64,000 nt of DNA from Selaginella moellendorffii (GCF_000143415.4 NW_003314264.1:746014-810013); one strand, 5' to 3'; positions 1-13,968 are shown, numbered from the stretch's first letter. Numbers and translations are program-made. The notes: generated by a model not told the origin, from the letters alone.

Positions 1-3000
1 TCAATCGGTGTGGAGGACGGCCGGAAGCCCAATGATTTGAAGCTCAACGCCTTGCGTTTCTCGCGGTCTATAGACGACGACGACCTTCTGACAGTGGCTA
101 ATGCTCTTTTACGTGGTGAGGTAGTCTTCAACAAGACCAAAATGACTCCCGGCCATATTGTGACATACGAGGACTTGTGCACGACTCTGAGAGCTCGTGC
201 GCTATTGAAGGATTGGATCTTCGAGCAAGTGGCTGTAGAGAGGGTGAGCATCGATACCACGCAAGAGATGATGGAAGCGCTGGAGTTGTCAAATGAAGAC
301 ATCGACGAGTACGTGAAGGGGGCCCCCAAGTTCATCGATCAGCTGCGGGATGCCACGAAAAGTAAAGCTGAGAAGTTGGATCAGTATCCAAATTTCATTA
401 ATAGGGATGTCGACCGCCGGCTTCAGAAACAGCTCGACCCCGCAGCAGAGGCCTATCGAGAACCTTACTGGGTATACGTGAATTCGGATGAGGATCAAAG
501 GTGGAGGAGCATCGTTTCCCGTGGAGATGAGCAGGTCAAGAACATCTTTTGTGTGATGGACTTCACAAACGAGGAGATCACTCATGCAGACGAAGTCAGC
601 TCCATCATTGACTTAATGGTGGGACTTGCAGAGGTGGAATCTTCAGTCCACTATATGATCTACGAGTTCGAATCCTATCACAAGTTCTGGAAGGCCTTGA
701 ACGAGGTGAAGGCTCGGTTGAAAGGCAAGGAGATGCGGGAGATCCATGGGATAATGGCTAAGAAGAAGATACCGACGAATGTCCTCATCTTCAACCTCCT
801 GACTCAGATTCCTATGGCAGACTCCCCTTCCCCAATCTCAATGGAGAGGTACAATGGATGAGGGATGCTTTTCAAGTCAGGGCCACGTTTTTCTCATCTC
901 GTCGTCTTCGAAGGGTGCAAGAACGTGCAGAAACCATGTTAATACAGTCGGGTGAGGATACGGTCCTAGGTCACGCACTAAAACAGGCTATGGATGTCTT
1001 GTATTTTGAGATGGAGACTCGGCCAGATGATTTTCCCAAGATGGTCCTGGAAGAACAAGCCATCTAGCCTGAGCAGCCTATGGAAGAAATGCAGGAGGGG
1101 GATGAGGAGCCAGAGAAAGATAATGAGCAGGAAGAGCAGAAGGACGAAGAGGAGGACGAAGAAGAGGAGGACGAAGAGGACTTGGATGGTCCTCACAATG
1201 GTGACAATCACAATAATGACGACGACGATGATGACGACGATGGCCAGCCTGAGGTGGCCAAAGAGCAGCAGAGGAAGGTCATACAAGACAAACCATCAGG
1301 TAAATAATAGTACATCCATTCCTAACCTTTTACCATTTCTAACATTGTCCATGTAGGTCGCAGAGCAAATGGTAAGTAGAGATTATTCAGTTGAATTAAG
1401 AAACTCTAGCCTTTAGTGTCGAGGAAGGATAGTGCCAAGCAAGGGTCGAAACGTATGTCCAATCCTTCAGAATCAGCAGTGTGCCCAAGTGATATCGGTC
1501 CTAGTTCCTCAATAGCAGTTGATGGTAAATATAGTATAGTCGATTCAATGTGCTAATGAGTTTGTTTTTAGTAGCACGGGAGGATACCATCTCAATCGAA
1601 GGGAGATATTTGGACATGCATATGGATCCGCCAGTGGACTCTACTTGCCTGCAAGAGTCATCAGAGCTGGTGGAGGCTACTATCCATATCAACGCCAAGC
1701 AAGCTGACCACGCTCCACTTGATGCTGCCCATACCACTGAGTTAATCTTGTCCACGTATCCAACTAACGGTGACCAGGCGCCATTGGACCCGCATGAGGC
1801 CGCCCCAGCCGCCGAGCCGGTTGTATCCTCATTTCCAACGGACTCAACGTGTGCCCAATCGTCTGACTACGTGCCGTTGGAACCTCCCTACACCGCCCCT
1901 GCTGCCTGTTCAGTCATGTCCACTTTGCCAACGGAGGCACCAGCTGAAATGGCGTGTGATCACACGCCATCGAAACCACCGCATGCCACTGTTGAGCCAG
2001 TTGTACCAGAGTCTACAGCTGAAATGGCATGTGCCCACACACCATCGGATGTGATTGACCCCACATTGCAGAGGAGAGTATTTCTGCCCTTCACGTTTCC
2101 TCGACTAAAACCCTCTCAACGACCATCAGGGAGCACCATTCGCTAATATTGTAGATGGTAAAATTGACTTGTACCATTTTTTATGCTGACGCATTTCATT
2201 TCACAGTCACGGTGAAGGTACTGTATCGTTTTTGATCTGAACGGTGTCCTTTTCTCCCATGAGCGTGGCTCGTCCTCGAATGTCACTGCACCCTCCAAAG
2301 CCTGCGGTCGCAAGTTGGTCAAAAGAGACAGATTCACATTAATCACACGGGAGAAATTGCGGGATCTAATAATGACCATGCGACACTTAAAACAAAGGGC
2401 CGAGTTCAATTTGCAATTGGGAGTTTGGACATCCATGATGCGCCACAATGCATTAACGTTGCTACAGATGATGCACGATCAAACGCGAGTAATATTACCA
2501 TTTGACTTTCTCCTAACGCAGGAGGATTGCTTGACTATGGTCCATGTGAGGGGTAGCAAGCCCATCTTCGTCAAGCCAGAGACTGTAGTGATGAACCGAA
2601 CTGCTAGGTCAAGTGAAATCCTCATCATCAATGACTCGCCGATTAAAACTGCAGTGAACACGCACACATATGCAGTGCACCCCATCTCTTGCAGTATGGA
2701 AACTAGGGAGAAGAAACCGTATGTTCTGGGGGACCTTGCAAAACGGCTTGGAGCGATGGTGATAGAGAACCGGCCAGTCCAGGAGGTGGCTGCAGAAATC
2801 AACCAAATGGCAGATGGAACGGTATATCAGAAGCCATTTGATCGGACAGACACTAGTCATCATTTATGGCATGTATATTGTCTAGCCAAGCACTATCCGC
2901 ATCTCCATAATCTGCTCAACCAGATGGGTTCTTCGACCACTGAACATGAGCGTGGACGTATTAGAGAAGAGATGGCATTACTATTGGGTTTAAATCCTGA

Positions 3001-3046
3001 TAGTGTGGAGAGTGATGAAATTCCAAGATTATTGTATAGGCGTTAG
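1..3046 (+). pseudogene. Transposon cargo gene remnant (central region, acidic tract, C-terminal FCP1/SCP-like HAD phosphatase domain)
   Basis: ORFs 10-861, 858-1307, 1550-2146 and 2315-3046 match the cargo gene of the full copy. IVFDLNGVL at 2225-2251 is in frame with GVWTS, TQEDC, KPIFVK and IINDSPIK. Internal deletion and in-frame stops. Confidence 0.75.
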
Positions 3047-3509
3047 AGGCAAAAAATAACAGTCTGAGATGGCATGTATTTATTTAAAAATGTAACTTAT
3101 TATGGCATGGGGTTCCATGCCATTGTATTAATATTAAAAGACAATTCTTTGAGAGGATTTACATTATACTAGAAGTGTTACAGCATGTTATTGGAAGTCT
3201 ACGAAGTTATTTTATTAATAAGGGGAAAGTAAAGATTGAATGGGGACTTGGGCTCCACCTAGACTCGGAGCAATTGAGCCAATATTAAAAGGATGGAAAG
3301 AAATTGGACGACGATGACAAGGAGAAAAGAGAGGTGAAGCAGTGGCAGGGGGAGGAGAAGTGATTGAGTAGACATTTTCTTGATTAAAATAAAATGGCAT
3401 GTGCCTCAATGCAGTTGAATTTTGTTATATTTATATACTATATAAAGGTTTGGAAACCTTATTTTAAAAGTGGGATAATGACAATTCCCACTTTAACGAA
3501 ATAGAGCTT
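1..3509 (-). mobile_element. Terminal part of a second copy of the Sola-like TIR DNA transposon, inverted relative to 13973-24816 and truncated by the window edge
   Basis: Near-identical reverse complement of ~13973-19100. Ends in TIR ...TCCCACTTTAACGAAATAGAGCTT at 3509. Lacks ~1.6 kb present in the other copy (junction 793/794). Confidence 0.9.
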
Positions 3510-3689
3510 ATAGGATAAAGGGTCAAAACCACGTGCGCTACAACGTGCGCGGTAATTTTTGAAACCTAAAATCACATTCACAATAATATATATATATATT
3601 TTTTGTTCTTTTTTGTTACATATATACCATTCAACATACAAAGAAATGATATACCTTTACCTACAAAGATATAGAGAGAGACCTAATGC

Positions 3690-5674
3690 TCAACTCCCTT
3701 ATCATAAATCAACTTGTTTGCGAAGATTTAGACAACTATTATAAACTCCTTTTTTTATAAATATGTCAAAGAGATATAAGTGGGGACTTATGATTAATAG
3801 TTATTCTAATGGTTATGGATTGAACCTATACACTGAGGTGCTAAAGTTAGTCTGCCAAAATTGACCCAAAAAAAACAAACTAGAGATGTTTGATTTAAAA
3901 AATACTAAATATTTTATTGATTTACAAGGTTTATTACATAGTATTATATGACCTACTTTTTATTACATTTAGCATATCTCACGACATTCTTTGGTGCGAC
4001 CACCACACTTTTTACAACATAATAAGATGCCTTTAACTTCAACTTTATATTCACTTTCCAATACCTCTAGTGGTGGACAAATCTCTTCTTGGATGTGTAA
4101 GGTACTAATAAATTGGTATGAAATACATTATGAATATATGATCTCTATAGGAAGATCCAATTGATAGAATGCATCACCAACTTGCTTTGACACCTAATAG
4201 GGGCTAATATCTTTAAGTAATAGAAATCAAGTTCCATGAGGATAACCATACTTGGTCTCCCATTTGATAAGTTACATCTAGATGATGTTGATCTTTATAA
4301 AATTGATATCTATTTTGTGTTTGCCTATCACCTTAGAAGCTTTAGCATAGATGCTATGTATAAGTCTCCATGGGTAGAACTAATATGTTTGTTATCACTT
4401 TAGGTACAACTATTTATTAAAGAACTGTAACATCTCCCATAGAGAATAGTAAATTGCACTGTGAAATATGTTATTATAACAGATTTATGCTATATCCAAA
4501 TACTCAACCCAATTGTGTTAGTCTGCCCCAATGTAGTACCATAAATAATCGTCAACCTAACTCTTCACTCATTTGGTTTGCTCATCTATTTAAGGATGAT
4601 AAGCTATATTAAACTTCAACTTGATATTGAATAACTAGAATAATATGCCGTAAAAATTCCTTATAAACCTCAAATCTATATCTAAGATCATCTCTTTAGT
4701 AAGTCCATGAATCTATACTACTTCAAGGAAAAAAAGTTTTATTGCTTGTTTAGCATTCACTATTTTCACAATTGGGATGAAATGTGCAATCTTCAATAAC
4801 CAATCTACAACCATCATTAAAGTATTAACTATTTAACTTTGGTAAACAAGTAATAAAGTTAAGTGTCATACTCTAAAATAGCCACATTAGTCCTATAATG
4901 CATTACAACTTCCTAGCGTATTTCTCAATCCTTCTACCACTTTACTATTAGAGTTTTTCTTCAATAACTCTATATGGTGCAATATCCCAAACATCCTCCC
5001 AATCAGTCCCAACTAATTGCTAATATTACTTTGAATTAAGTTTGACAACTCAGTGCTTATGGAATTACCAAGTTTATAGATGATGTCAATTAAACTCTAG
5101 AATTTAGACTTCTCGGGAAGTTATTCAACTTAGTACTATTTAAACTCAATGAAACTTAACCTCAAGTATCCTAAAAATTTTAATTGATTAAAACAAAGGG
5201 TGCACTTTTGTTTATGGGCCCTTTCCCTTTATATTTGAACTTTCATAGATTATTTTTGGAATCATTTTCTTTGGTTGTTTATACAAATTTAGTAAACATT
5301 TTCTGCTAATGATCTTGCTTTGGGATAAGTTTTGGCTATGTTGCAAAGTAGCTTAGTGTGTTATTATCTATATAAATCTTGATATATCCATCCAAATAGT
5401 ATCTCCAATATTTTAATGCCAATATTGTAACAAATATCTCTTTCTCGTGCATAGGCTATCTTTATTGGGTCTCATTCAATTTTTTAGAATAAAATACAAC
5501 CAACCACATTATCACAATCTTGTTGCAACACAACATAAATAACATAGCTAGATGTATGATAATGCATTTCAAAGGGTTTATCAAGATTTCAAATCTTAAG
5601 AATATGAACCATAATCAACCATACATAGTATTTCACTGCTTTTACCTTCTTCAAATCCACCTCAATTACACCAC
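3690..5674 (-). mobile_element. Highly degenerate AT-enriched Gypsy relic related to the 8758-27592 element
   Basis: GAAGATTTAGACAACTATTATAAACT at ~3722 is also at ~10633. Colinear decayed similarity to the integrase/RNase H region 10600-13100; no long ORFs. Confidence 0.75.
5090..5285 (-). mobile_element. Degenerate Cassandra solo LTR
   Basis: Decayed match to the LTR at 9381-9574 (GACTTCTCGGGAAGT...TAGTACTATTT...CTTAACC). Confidence 0.65.
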
Positions 5675-6903
5675 TGTAAACTCTTTAATTTGAACTTCCC
5701 TAGAGGTTACCTAGCTCAGTACTAATTAAACCTAAAGACGCTTAATCCCAAGTATCTCAAAGCCTTTATCCGATTAGAAAAAGGGGTGCACTTTTGTTCA
5801 TAAGTATTTTCCTTCTATATTTGAACTCTTATAAATTGTTTCTCAAGTTGTTTTTTTTTATTGTTTACAATCCAACACGCTTCTTTGCAAGTTTATGCCC
5901 TCATTAATAAAAGTTAAGATCTACAGCTCTCCCGAGAGCCCTACTTTTTTGACACCTTTGTAAGCTTCTGGGTTTGGACTTCCCAAAAGGTCACCTAGCC
6001 CAATACTATTCAAACCCAAGGATGCTTAACTCCAAGTATCCCAAGACCCTTAACCGATTGAAAAAGGGGGTGCACTCTTATTCATGGGCCCTTTCCCTCT
6101 ATATTTGGGGACCGTCTCTCGAGTCGTTCCTTTTGGTTGCTGAGAGCCATAGCTCTCTTGAGAGCCCCGCTCTCTTGACACCCTACCCCTCGGGTCTAGC
6201 CTAGCAGGAGCAAACTGGACCAGCCAGATGTCAATCAACATGTGGTGTGATTCCCCTAGCCAACCAACAGAGTCGGATCCGAGACCCCTCTGATACCAAA
6301 TGTAAACTCCCGTTGGAGTTTAGACTTCCCGGAAGGTCACCCAGCCCAATACTATTCAAACGCAAGGACGCTTAACCCCAAATATCCCAAGACCCTTAAC
6401 CGATTGGAAAAGGGGGTGCACTCTTTTTCATAGGCCCTTTCCCTCTATATTTAAACCCCATGGATCGTCTCTCGAGTCGTTCCCTTTGGTTGTTTACAAC
6501 TTTACTCTTTTATTCATAAGTTGTTTCTCTTTATATTTGAACCTTTATAGATTGTTTCTCAAGTTGTTTTTTTTTATTGTTTACAATCCAACATGCTTCT
6601 CTACAAGTTTATGCCCTCATTAACAGAAGCTAAGAACCACAACTCTTCCAAGAGCCCCGCTTTCTTGATAGCCTACCCCCTTAGGTCGAGTTTAGCCAAA
6701 GTAAATTAGACTTGCCTGATGTTAATTAACATATGGTGTGATCCCCCTAGCTAACCAAAAGAGTAAGACCTAAGGCTACTTTCATACCAAATGTAAGTTC
6801 TTGAATTTGGACTTCCCAAGAGGTCACCCAGCTCAATAGTATTCAAACTCAAGGATGTTTAACTCCAAGTATTCTAAGACCTTTAACCGATTGGAGAAAA
6901 AGG
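5675..6903 (-). mobile_element. Tandem/nested cluster of Cassandra TRIM units
   Basis: ~195 bp LTRs start with TGTAA at 5675, 5959, 6301 and 6792. PBS complements (TC)TGATACCA at ~6289 and TTCATACCA at 6781. 5S-like segment in each LTR. The last LTR is interrupted at 6903 and resumes at 29304. Confidence 0.85.
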
Positions 6904-7239
6904 TGTAAGAAACTAAATTTTCCATTCTATTTCAATCACTTAACCACAACTTTGACCACTTAGAAGAGTCTCACTCACAATCTCCATAAGTCCTATTCCG
7001 GACTTGGAGACTTGCTAGCCCCGGATTATACCCTACTTGTTTGTTTGTATTCACTTTAGCTTTGGACTTCTTAGTGAATATATCATCACCCAACACGTGA
7101 GCATAGCCTTCTTGGATCACACTGGCCTTTCTTGGCCAAACTAGCTTCACTGGGGTCCAACCCCCACATTCTCCTTACTATACTTTTGGAACCCCTTGTA
7201 GTGCCTTCCTGGGGGACGATTCCCAACAACTTAATTCAG

Positions 7240-7755
7240 ACTTAGACTCGGTCTTAGTCTCGGTTTCAAACTCAAACTTGGGTCTCGGTCTCAGTCTCAG
7301 TCTCGATCTCGGTCTTGGTCTTGGTCTTGGTTCCATCTCCATCTCAGACTCCATCTCGGGTCCATCTCAAACTCCATCTTAGACTCCATCTTGGACTCCA
7401 TCTCAGACTCCATCTTAGGTCCATCTTGGACTCCATCTCAAGTCCATCTCGGACTCCATCTCAGACTCCATCTCGGGTCCATCTCGAACTCCATCTCGAA
7501 CTCCATCGTAGGTCCATCTCGGATTCCATCTCAGGTCCATCTCGGACTCCATCTCAGACTCCATCTCAGACTCCATCTCGGACTTCATCTTAGGTCCATC
7601 TCAGACTCCATCTCGGACTCCATCTTGGGTCCATCTTGGGTCCATCTTGGGTCCATCTTGGATCCATCTTGGACTCCATCACAAACTCCATCCCAGACTT
7701 CATCTCAGGTCCATCTTGGACTCCATCTCCAACTCCTTTTTGGACTCCATCTCGA
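7240..7755. repeat. Tandem repeat inside the LTR: 6 bp GTCTYG units, then 11-12 bp GACTCCATCTCR/GGTCCATCTYG units
   Basis: Directly visible; about 35 copies of the CCATCT core between 7333 and 7755. Confidence 0.9.
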
Positions 7756-8757
7756 GTCCTCTTATGTCCCTTTTTTAGAGACTCACTTATTGCTCGCTTC
7801 ATGCTCATTCCTCAAGCACTTTGTTGGGAGTTCCACTCCTGCTCTCAACTTTTCGAGTCGGAGCTTTTAGTCTAAATGTGTTATGTTCATTTGGCTCCCA
7901 TCTCAGCCACTACCACATGGCACACTTTTGGCTCCTCTTTGGGACCTAGGGATTTTGTGTCTCACAACTCCACCACCCATAAACGAAGTTTGATGTCCTC
8001 ATTGAATAATAAACCATTTTATAAAGTAACATTAGCATGTATTACCCTTTTCATTCTTAGCACCAAGCCAATAATCATTGATGGTTTGTCACTGAAGGCT
8101 CTCCATGCCTTTCCTATCCTCTATGAAGTATAGTCTCTCCAACTTAGAGACTTATTAAGCCATTTATGGTGGTCCTTCCCCTTTTCTTTATTTAGTTCAT
8201 GCTAAACTTGTTAGAGACACCTAATCTATTTTGACTATTCATTCAGGAGTAGTCTCGGCCTCTACTAGCATAACCATCGCACTTTGGAACTTTTAATTTT
8301 GATTTCTCAAAGTCAATTTCATAGATGTCTCTGACATCTTGCATTGCACGTGTTGTGCAAATTGCATTTCCCTATCCTAAAAAGTTCCTTACTTAACAAA
8401 ACCATCATCCTCTCTTCTATTTTGTGTTACTCTAGGCACTAAGTTTTACTTTTCCATAATTTGTGCTAAGGTTGTCTACAACTTTATCATTTGGCTACCT
8501 TGCCACTCCCTCCCTTAGAACTTTCACCTTTGCCAAATTGGAGCATTTGGGAATCCATCCACAAAAACATATTTTCTTTCCCATGATTTGTTAACATCCA
8601 ACACATAAGTGTTCCTTGCTCAATTTTGTTGTTTGGATTTCTTCCAATGATTTTCATGGCCCAAACTTGGCCACTAGTCATTTGCTCCTATTCATTAATT
8701 GTTGCACTAAATAACATAGGATCATTATCTCCATCCTTGATGTATTCTTTTGGTTCC

Positions 8758-10295
8758 TGTAGCACACCTGAATTTGGAGCCGAACTCCAAGCCTATTGCG
8801 CTATGAATGAGGGTCCAGTACAATCCCACGAGCACTAGCTCCCCTTATCTAGCATTTGCACGCAAAATAGTGTCAGACGGAGTCTGGCACAATTTTGGCA
8901 TACCAATGGCCTAACGCGAGGAGGAGGGTACCCCACTAACTAGAGCAGCCTGGAGCTTGGGCTTAGACCCAAGCCAGACGCAGAACAAGGAGCGACACAG
9001 CCCAGTAGGAGCCAAACTAATGTCTCAAGTGGTCGAACATGCATTCTAACCACTATCCCTACTATACATTTGGAACCCCCTACAACCCCCCCCCCCCCCC
9101 CACCCCCTGAGGAACACACGCTTTGGGCTTTCACCCCAAGCCTCCCTTAGTATTAGGAGTTAGTCTCTGGGACAAGCTCGAAACTTACTAAATATGGAAT
9201 GGCGCTAGATATGGAATGGCACGAATTTGGATACGAGATCAACACCATTGTGTTCGGGCCAATCTCTACATTCCATAGATATGCCAAATGAGCTAATCTA
9301 GACACTTTCCATAAATAGCATTTGGGACCGAAATGAGACCAACACAAAGGGTGTGATAGCGAGAGTGTTTGGCAAACAAGTGTAAGCTCCTGAATTCTGA
9401 CTTCCCGGGAAGTCACCCAGCCCAGTACTATTCAAACCCAAGGACGCTTAACCCCAACTATCCCAAGACCCTTAACTGATTGGAAAAGGGAGTGCATTCT
9501 TATTCATGGGCCCTTTCCCTCTATATTTGAACCCTATGGATCGTCTCTCGAGTCATTCCCTTTGGTTGCTTACAATCCACCACGCTTCCCTGCAAGTTCA
9601 CGCCCTCGTGAACGGAAGCTAAGAGCCGAAGCTCTCCCGAGAGCCTCGCTCTCTTGACACCCTACCCCTCAGGTCGAGCCCAGCGGGAACAAACTGGACC
9701 AGCCAGATGTCAATCAACATGTGGTGTGATTCCCCTAGCCAACCAACAGAGTCGGACCCGAGACCCGCTCTAATACCAAATGTAAGCTCCTGAATTCTGA
9801 CTTCCCGGGAAGTCACCCAGCCCAGTACTATTCAAACCCAAGGACACTTAACCCCAACTATCCCAAGACCCTTAACCGATTGGAAAAAGGGAGTGCACTC
9901 TTATTCATGGGCCCTTTCCCTCTATATTTGAACCCTATGGATCGTCTCTCGAGTCATTCCCTTTGGTTGCTTACAACAAGGTAAGCTATCATCCAGCAAT
10001 ATTGAGGGATTAATCTCAATATGTGAGGGTTCTTGTCACTAGCAAGTGCAACACAAAACGAGACAGGAACTCCTTACCGAGCTAAGTATGCTTAGTTAAT
10101 AGCACGTGGGAATTCCGTCCTTATGCTCATCCGGTCTAAGTACACTCGAAATCCCCAATTAACTCCACTAGCACAAAAGGGGCTACTAAAAGGTTCGAAC
10201 TGTACTAACCTCCTGCCGTCATGGTAGTAAGGAAAGAGTGTCCGTAAGGACTGGCCGACAAGTATTTTTCGATACCCGAAGTCACATTCGCAACA
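8758..10295 (-). repeat. 3' LTR of the chromovirus (contains a Cassandra insertion)
   Basis: Colinear with 26666-27592 once 9381-9980 is removed; adjacent to the PPT. Confidence 0.92.
9381..9975 (-). mobile_element. Complete Cassandra TRIM (two 5S rRNA-like LTRs, ~205 bp internal region)
   Basis: LTRs 9381-9574 and 9781-9975 are nearly identical. TSD ACAAG. PBS-like TGGTATTAGAG on minus. Minus strand GTTAAGCGTCCTTGGG...TAGTACTGGGCTGGGTGACTTCCCGGGAAGTC resembles the 5S A-box/C-box region. Empty site in the other LTR. Confidence 0.92.
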
Positions 10296-10914
10296 CTCTC
10301 CCCCCCTTGGGGAAGATCAACGTCCGCGTCGATGTATACCTGAGTCTAGCAAACCGTCAAGGAAACAACTCCGAAAGTTAATGGAAAGCATACTATATAG
10401 GAAACACACTAACTTAAATGAGTTATGGAACAACCTCTCTTGTACGTCCAAGGACGTTAAGACTCAGACACCTTCCAACCGTCACTGACAAGGAAATGAC
10501 TAATGGAGTTAGCCACCCTTGCTGCTCTGAGTACCACTCGGCTTACAAAGGAGTGATACATCCTTGCCCGTAAGGACATAGGGAGAAGGCCAGAGGCCCA
10601 ACTGCCCCTAAGCAAGAAATCAACCCTGTCGAGAAGATTTAGACAACTATTATAAACTGATAGAGTAAATTGTTTACACGACCATGCCCCTTTTCAAAAG
10701 TTAGGCATCGAGAGAGAGGTAGGGACTTGTGATCAGTCTATAATAGTTATCCCCATGGTTATGGATTGAACCCATGCACCGAAGTGCCGAAGTCAGCCTG
10801 CCAAAACTGACCCAAGGACTAATGGACGAGAGAAACAACACTTTGATTGATAGAAATATATTACTTTATTAATTTGCAAGAGTTATTACAAGGTTTACAA
10901 AAGCTAATCTTTAT

Positions 10915-13900
10915 TACAATTCTCATACTCCGTGACAAGCTCATGAGCATATGTAAAATTCCTAAGAGGTTCCCAAGTTGATTCACAAGATGGATAACCT
11001 TTCCACTTAACTAGATATTCTTTCGCACGAGCATGTCTTCAAGACTGAGCATCCAAGATAGCTTCAACTTCATATTCTGGTTCACCATCCACAACATCTG
11101 GTGGCGAACGAATCATCTCGTGTCGAGCAACATCCATAGTGTAAGGAGCCAAGAGATTGGTATGAAATATATTATGAATATGGGACATCTCCACAAGAAG
11201 ATCCAACTGATAGGATATAGCACCAATTTGTTTCAACACCTGATAGGGTCCAACATATCTTGGTAATAGCTTTCGAGACAAAGATCCCTTAATGTTCAAG
11301 TTCCGGGAAAATAACAACACCTAATCTCCCACTTGATAGGAGACATTCCGACAATGCAGATCCTTATCACGTCGATACCTATCCTAAGCTTTGCCCATTG
11401 CCTCAATTGCTCTAGACCAACCGTGACATAGCTGCTCCGCATAAGTTTCAATGGCCGGGACCAACACTTCGGACATTGGTTTAGGTACAATAATCTATTG
11501 AGGAACTCCACGAGCATTCCCTTGCAGCATCTCCCATGGAGAATAGCCTATAGCACTGTGAAATGTGTTGTTATAATAGATTTCTGCTGTATCCAAATGC
11601 TCAACCCAGTCGCATTGGTCCGCTGTGACATAATACCACAGATAATCCTCAACTTGAGCATTCATGCGTTCGGTCTGCCCATCAGTTTGAAGATGATAAG
11701 CTGTACTAAACTTCAACTTGGTACCAAACAGCTGGAATAGTGTGCCCCAAAACTTTCCCGTAAACCTTGAATCTCTATATGAGATCATCTCTTCAGGAAG
11801 ACCACGAACCCGCACTACTTCATGGAAAAAGAGCTTTGCTGCTCGTTTTGCATTTACTGTTCCCATAGTTGGAATGAAGTGTGCAATCTTTGACAACCGA
11901 TCCACAACCACCATTAAAGTATCATAACCCTTTGACTTTGGCAAGCAAGTGACGAAATCAAGTGTCACACTTTGAAATGGCCATGCCGGTGCTGGAATGC
12001 ACTGCAACTTTCCAGCCTGCTTCTTAGTTTTGCGCTTACATTGCTGGCATATAGGGCAGGAACGGATAATTAGCTACATCACCTTCTATACCAAACCAGA
12101 AAAATCCCTTTTTCAACGAAGCTAGAGTCTTTTGCTGTCCACCATGTCCTGCTGCTAGAACATCATGATGTTCCCGCAGAAACAACTGTTGTAGATCCTT
12201 AGAGGGAAGATACAATCTTTCTTGCTTATAGAATATAAGCCCATCCCGAACTGAGAAGTGAAGCTTCGCATTAGTGCGGTTAGCAACTTTTGCTGCTTCG
12301 CTACCAGAGTTCTGCTTCGCTACTAGAGTTCTGCTTCGACAACTCTGCACAGCGTAAGATTGCCTTTGCCAATGGATCACTTCCATATGAAGCTTGAACG
12401 TCCTCCAACCAGTCCGAACTGATTGCTGATATTGCCCGGAACTGAGCATGACGACTCAATGCATCCGGAACAATATTATCTTTACCAGGTTTATATATGA
12501 TTTCAATATCATATCTAGCAAGCTTCTCTTGCCAATGAGTTTGCTTCAGTGTAAACTTAGGCTGCGTAGCAAAGTAGCTTAGTGTGTTTCTATTTGTATA
12601 AACTATGGTGTGTCCACCCAAGTAGTGTCTCTAGTGTTCCAAGACCAACACTATAACAAACATCTCTTTCTCATGCGTTAGCCATCTTCGTTGAGTTTCA
12701 TCTAATTTTTTGGAATAGAACACAACGGGACAACCATGTCGCTTTAGTGTAACACCCACCGCTTTGTCACAATCTTGCTGCAACACAGCAACAATTGCAT
12801 AGCCAGATGCATCACAATGCACTTCAAAGGGTTTTTCAAGATCTGGGATCCTAAAAACAGGAACCGTAGTCAAGATCTCCTTCAACCGTACAAAAGCACG
12901 TTGACAAGATGGTGTCCAATGAAATGGTATATTACTCTTTATCAACTTAGTCAACGAAAGAGCAATTCTTGCAAAATTGCGGACAAACTTGCAATAGTAT
13001 CCTGCTAAACCAAAAAAGGAATGAACATCTGACACAGTGGTCAGGACATCCCAGGACTTCACTGCTTCCACCTTCTTTGGATCAACTTCAATTATGCCAC
13101 CACCAACTATATGTCCGAGAAAGTTTACGCACAATTGTCCAAAAGCGCATTTACTTTCCTTAGCATACAATTTGTGTTCGTGCAATTTCTAAAACACCAG
13201 CTCCAAATGTTTCAAATGATCCTCCAATGTTTCACTGAAGACTAGAACATCGTCGATGTATAGGACAACAAATGTGTCCAAATAATCTCTGAATATTCAA
13301 TCCATCATAGTGCTGAATATTGCCAGAGCATTGCATAACCCGAACGGCATGATAAGAAACTCATAAGATCCATACTGAGTCTTAAAGGCTATCTTCTCCA
13401 CATCCTGATCCGCCACCCATATCTGATGATACCCAAACCACAAATCAAGTTGCATAAAATACTTAGCCTTTAAGAGTTGGTCAAACAAGTCATCAACGTG
13501 AGGCAAAGGATAACTGTTCTTGATCATGATCTTGTTGAGTGCTCAATAGTCAATACACATTCTTATAGTTCCATCCTTTTTCATAACAAAAAGGACCGGC
13601 GCTCTATAAAGTGACTTGCTTGGTCGGATATGACTTTTGTCAAGAAGCTCCATGAGTTGCTTCTTGAGTTCAGCCATCTCCTTGATGTTCAACCGATATG
13701 GAGTTTTCATAGGTGGTTTAGAACCTAGAATAATCTCAATTCGATGATTAACCTCATAGATAGGAGGTAAATCCTTCGAGAAGATATCCTGAATCCTCAC
13801 CAACAACTCCAATATCTTCTTTGGTACAGGATCAACCCTGTCACCTATTCGAACTAAGTCACCAACACTCTCAACTTCCATCACTTGAACCCAAAAGGTC

Positions 13901-13968
13901 CGACATCCCTTCTTAGCTGCTTTTTGAGCGGCCCTCACAATCAGGAATTTTGCATCCCAATCCTTTAA
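10915..13968 (-). pseudogene. Gypsy pol 3' part: RT, RNase H, integrase, chromodomain (stops and frameshifts)
   Basis: KKDGTIRMCIDY, MPFGLCNA, YIDD at ~13250, FEVHCDASGYA, LDFVTCLP, QTDGQTER, PRYVGPY, EYEVEAILD...EYLVKWKGY...TWEP. Confidence 0.92.

Noticed and set aside
7315-7875. ORFs with HLGLHL/SISDSI/TPSQ repeats
   Set aside because: Translations of an 11-12 bp tandem repeat inside an LTR.
9395-9460. 5S rRNA gene
   Set aside because: Only the internal promoter portion is present, and it lies within paired LTRs with PBS and TSD, so it is a Cassandra LTR.
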